Below, piece by piece: positions 60,550 to 64,000 of a stretch of 64,000 bases of DNA. The stretch is from positions 1,860,001 through 1,924,000 of the forward strand of contig NW_027117339.1 of NCBI RefSeq assembly GCF_038025025.1, given 5' to 3'. The position numbers were made by a program, and so were the translations under genes. How positions within the stretch are numbered: the first letter of the stretch is position 1; each line of letters opens with the position of its first letter. Under the pieces are notes generated by a model that was not told the origin of the DNA, did not search any database, and saw nothing but the letters and a program-made list of their open reading frames with translations. The DNA is from Phyllosticta citribraziliensis. Taxonomy: Eukaryota.

Positions 60550-61740
60550 ATGGCACCAGTCGCAGTTGAGCATGATGTCCCCGTGCGGCCGTCCAAGAGC
60601 GAGCTTCCCGCTGGAAGGCAGCCGCTGAAGCCGACTGGAATCCTGGATCAGTACGAGAAGATTGATCTCACTCCCGTCATTGGCACCGAGTTTACCAAGG
60701 CGAGCCTCGCCGAGTGGATCAAAGCACCGAACGCGGATGAACTGTTGAAGGAGCTGGCAATCACTGGTAGGAATCCTTGAAAAGAACGCCAGAACAGTGA
60801 CTTACATGAGCAACCTGCAGTATCTCGTCGCGGCGTAGTCTTTTTCCGCGCCCAAGATGACCTGACGAATGAGCTGCAAAAGTTTCTGAACCAGCGTCTG
60901 GGGGAGCTGGCTGGCAAACCCTCAACTTCGTCGCTGCACATCCACCCAATTCTAAACAGCGACCGTGAGCTTGGAGATTCGGATCCGGAGATCAGCACCA
61001 TCAGCTCCGAGCAGCGCAAAAAGTACTATGACAAGGTCGACAACCGAGCGGCCAAGAAGCAGCAAAGTGCGCAATGGCACTCGGACATTCAATTCGAGCC
61101 CGTTCCCGCCGACTACACCAGTCTGAGATTAACCCAGCTTCCTGGCCAAGAGAACCTTTGGAATGCACAGTACAAGAACTACGCCGGCGACACTCTCTGG
61201 GCTTCCGGGTACGAAGTCTACGATCGCATCAGCGAACCGTATCAGAAGTTCCTCGAAAGCCTTACCGCCAGGTTTCAGGCACCATTCTTCAACAACGTCG
61301 CAGAGGCCGGCGGATTCAAGGTTTACGAGAAGCCGCGTGGAGCACCCGAAAACGTTGGCGACGTTCTCTCAGCAGACCACCCCATCGTGCGCACCAACCC
61401 TGTGACCGGCTGGAAGAGTATCTTCCCGATCGGCGTGTTCCCCAAGTCGATCAACGGCCTGGCAAAAGAGGAGAGCGATCACCTGCTGAACTGGTTCCTG
61501 GACCTGGTCTACAAGAACCACGATCTGCAGGTGCGCTTCAGCTGGCACAACAAGAACGACATTGCCATCTGGGACAACCGCAGCGTCTTCCACACGGCAA
61601 CCTTCGACTACGACCACATCGGCGAGCGCTTCGGCAACCGCGCGGTTGGGATTGGCGAGAGGCCGTACTTTGACCCCAACAGCAAGTCGAGAAGGGATGC
61701 GCTTGCAGAGGAGCAGACGGCGGGGATATTCAGATCGTAG
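60550..61740 (+). CDS. Fe(II)/2-oxoglutarate dioxygenase, TauD/TfdA family (Jlp1-like sulfonate dioxygenase) (exons 60550-60766, 60821-61740)
   Basis: DLTPVIGTEF, VSRRGVVFFRAQD, LHIHP, WHSDIQFEPVPADY (HxD), GDTLWASGY, HPIVRTNPVTGWKS and DIAIWDNRSVFHTATFDY. Confidence 0.95.
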
Positions 61741-62025
61741 AAAGCGGGGTCGCTTGTATGATAACGTTGCTCATGAGGCAAAGGGCACAACAGCAGCCAG
61801 AAATGCAGTCACGAAAGTCGAAGATTCTTTGCGTTCTCATTTCGCCGAGCTGCTATTTCCTGATTCTGTCCCGTACCCAGCAGAACGCGCACGCCGGCAT
61901 CTTCCTCCTTCCTCCTTCCTTTGCTGCTCCCCTCTCCTCCTTCCAGCCACACACGTTCCGACTGCTATAAGTCCGCGTCCACGATCGCATCCAGACTTTT
62001 CCTCTTCATCTACGTTTTATCCTGC

Positions 62026-62269
62026 GGAGGCCTGAGCTCATGAATCCAGGTCTCCCGCCAGAGACCGGCATTGCACAGCGCCGCGTCTGCTGGACGTCGA
62101 TGCTCTTCGGGGCTCGTGCGGGGCAATTTTTGATCCTCTTCGTTCCATCTACAGAACTCCCGTGGAGGCCTGAGCTCATGGATCCAGGTCTCTCGCCAAA
62201 GACCGGCATTGCACAGCGTCGCGCCTGCTGGACGTCGATGCTCTTCGGGGCTCGTGCGGGACAATTTTT
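62026..62269. repeat. Direct duplication, ~106-nt cores at 138-nt spacing
   Basis: 62026-62131 and 62164-62269 differ at 6 positions by my alignment. Confidence 0.95.
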
Positions 62270-62881
62270 TATTTTAAAGTACTGCTGAACAAGCGGTGGA
62301 TGGTGCTTCTTCACTCGCAGGCTTGTCTTGTGCGTGTGGATCCTGGGAGGCGACTTGGCTTTTGGATGAGCTTTTCACGTGGTCTGCGTTCTTGTGAAGG
62401 GTTGCTTGTCCTGAGCAGCAGTTCAGGGGCCATTCTCGTGTGACGTGAGTGCGCTGCAGGCTATGTGGTCAGAACTTCTACTAATTCTTCAAAAGGTCGA
62501 CCATGATGTCCAAGGATCACGCGTGGCCTTCAACTCAGTGTATGGATTTTTCGAGCACCCGCGTTTGCGTACCTGCGGTAGCATCAGCAGGAGTTTTGTG
62601 GAATCGGCACCATGCGTGGCTTCTTTGATGAGGTTTGTCTTCGTTTGCTTCAGACTGTGTACTTGACTGACTTGCCCACTTGATGTCTTCACTGCCAGCG
62701 AATGGATCACCACGCTGTTACGCATGTCGATCTATCTTGTGAGGAGTTTTTTCCCGCTATATATACTCCTCGCCCTCTCCCAGTGATTTCCGCATCAATC
62801 TCCAGCGTATAGATTCTCAAGAGTATACCACTTGTCACCCTTTGATTCCAACAGCACCGTTCATCCATAGACCTGTTTGTC

Positions 62882-63618
62882 ATGTCTGGTTCCAACAATA
62901 ACAGCCGCAGGAACAGTTCTCATTCTTACCAAGGCGACCCCCCGCCATACGGCTGGGAGCGCGACCCTCCTCCAGGTTACTACTCCCGTGGTGCGTACTT
63001 CGACAGACCGCCTCCTTACCGTGGTCAGTATCCCGCCATCTCCGAGCCCCCAGGTAGCAGGCGCCAGCAATCCTTCCAGAATTGGCCATTTCCTCCGCCC
63101 AGGTCCACGGTCGTCAATAGGCGCCAACAAGCCTACCAGGACTGGCCGTTCCCTCCACCCAGATCTACTGCTGTCAACGGCTCATCTCATTTCTCCGCTA
63201 CAGCGCATCCACGCTCGTCTTCGATTTCGTACTACCCCAGCAGCGGCACCGCCGGCCCAGGCGTCAGTACCGGACGCAGTGCTGGTCTGTACACAACTTC
63301 AGGAGGTCCTTCGAGACACCCACAGAACTTGTTCGGATATGAATCCTATGGCGGCGGACCGCAGCGCCATGGAAGCTCGTACTACTCAAACGGATTTGAT
63401 CCCTACGGATACAATCCATCGAGATACAACAGTGGCTCATTTTCCAGCATATACGACCGCCTTGAATCGCCGCGCTCGACCAATACAAGGGCTTCTCCAT
63501 CGTCAAGAAGGTAACATTTGTGGTTTCTTTCTCTTTGAGAAGCTGCTGACTCCATTTCGGCAGACCCAACCCGTTGCGCATGCATCCGCCAACGCCGCCT
63601 CCAGGCACACGATACTAA
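62882..63618 (+). CDS. Low-complexity S/Y/G/P/R/N-rich hypothetical protein with an internal 20-aa duplication (exons 62882-63510, 63564-63618)
   Basis: ATG follows a TATATA box near 62758. Intron GTAACA..GCTGAC..CAG adds RPNPLRMHPPTPPPGTRY*. Repeat RRQQxxQxWPFPPPRSTxVN occurs twice. Confidence 0.7.
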
Positions 63619-64000
63619 CCCTGAAGGCTGTTCCTGAACGGTAGGTCTGCCTGGCACATGACTTTGAACGATTACTGCTCTCTTGAAGCCATTCTGGTCG
63701 AGGGTGCTCGGCCATTTCTTTCGATGCTCGCATTCGGCTTCCATTACTGAAGTCATGGATTGGATGGATGCGGTTCTGGCATTTTGCTTTTGCTTGCCGT
63801 TGTGATACCCAAATTAGCCAGAACTCTTGAAATTGAATAATGACCTCTTCTTTTTACAAACTTGACTCTGCGTTCATGATTCAGTTGCGTGTGCTAGTGA
63901 TCATTCATGGGGAAGTGGGTTGATCTCCATGGCTGGATCCAGGGGCAAGTGAAATCTGGAAGAACATGGCCGAAATTTACTTGCTTTTTGGAAATTTGAC

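Noticed and set aside
62026..62269. RIP signature or LTR pair
   Set aside because: The transitions are not in CpA/TpG context, there are no TG..CA termini and no internal element.

Overview
Eukaryotic DNA from a filamentous ascomycete (Pezizomycotina-like: GC-rich, short 47-210 nt introns with GTRNGY donors, CTRAY branch sites and YAG acceptors). I hand-spliced about 22 protein-coding genes. 0-14 kb: class II aldolase, a four-exon Cys-rich secreted protein missing from the ORF track, mitochondrial uL3, an R3H/SUZ protein, an RS-rich zinc-knuckle protein, Cwf18 and a PPR protein. 14-23 kb: a microsatellite-rich gene-free stretch. 23-44 kb: SH3-RasGEF, SWIM/RING protein, SUR7/PalI, PLC-like phosphodiesterase, Ydc2/Cce1 resolvase, GT25, FAR-17a and a Zn2Cys6 transcription factor. 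45-64 kb: an RRM-like orphan, a probable organosulfur-scavenging group (MDR oxidoreductase, DszA/NtaA-family monooxygenase, Dal5/AstA-like MFS transporter, TauD dioxygenase), a second small secreted protein, low-complexity orphans and tandem duplications. The most striking feature is the zinc-knuckle gene. Its CCHC finger is only intact after removing an in-frame 48-nt AT-AC intron with U2-type signals, and its second intron is GC-AG. I recognised no rRNA, tRNA, CRISPR array or intact transposon. Family assignments come from motif recognition, not database searches.
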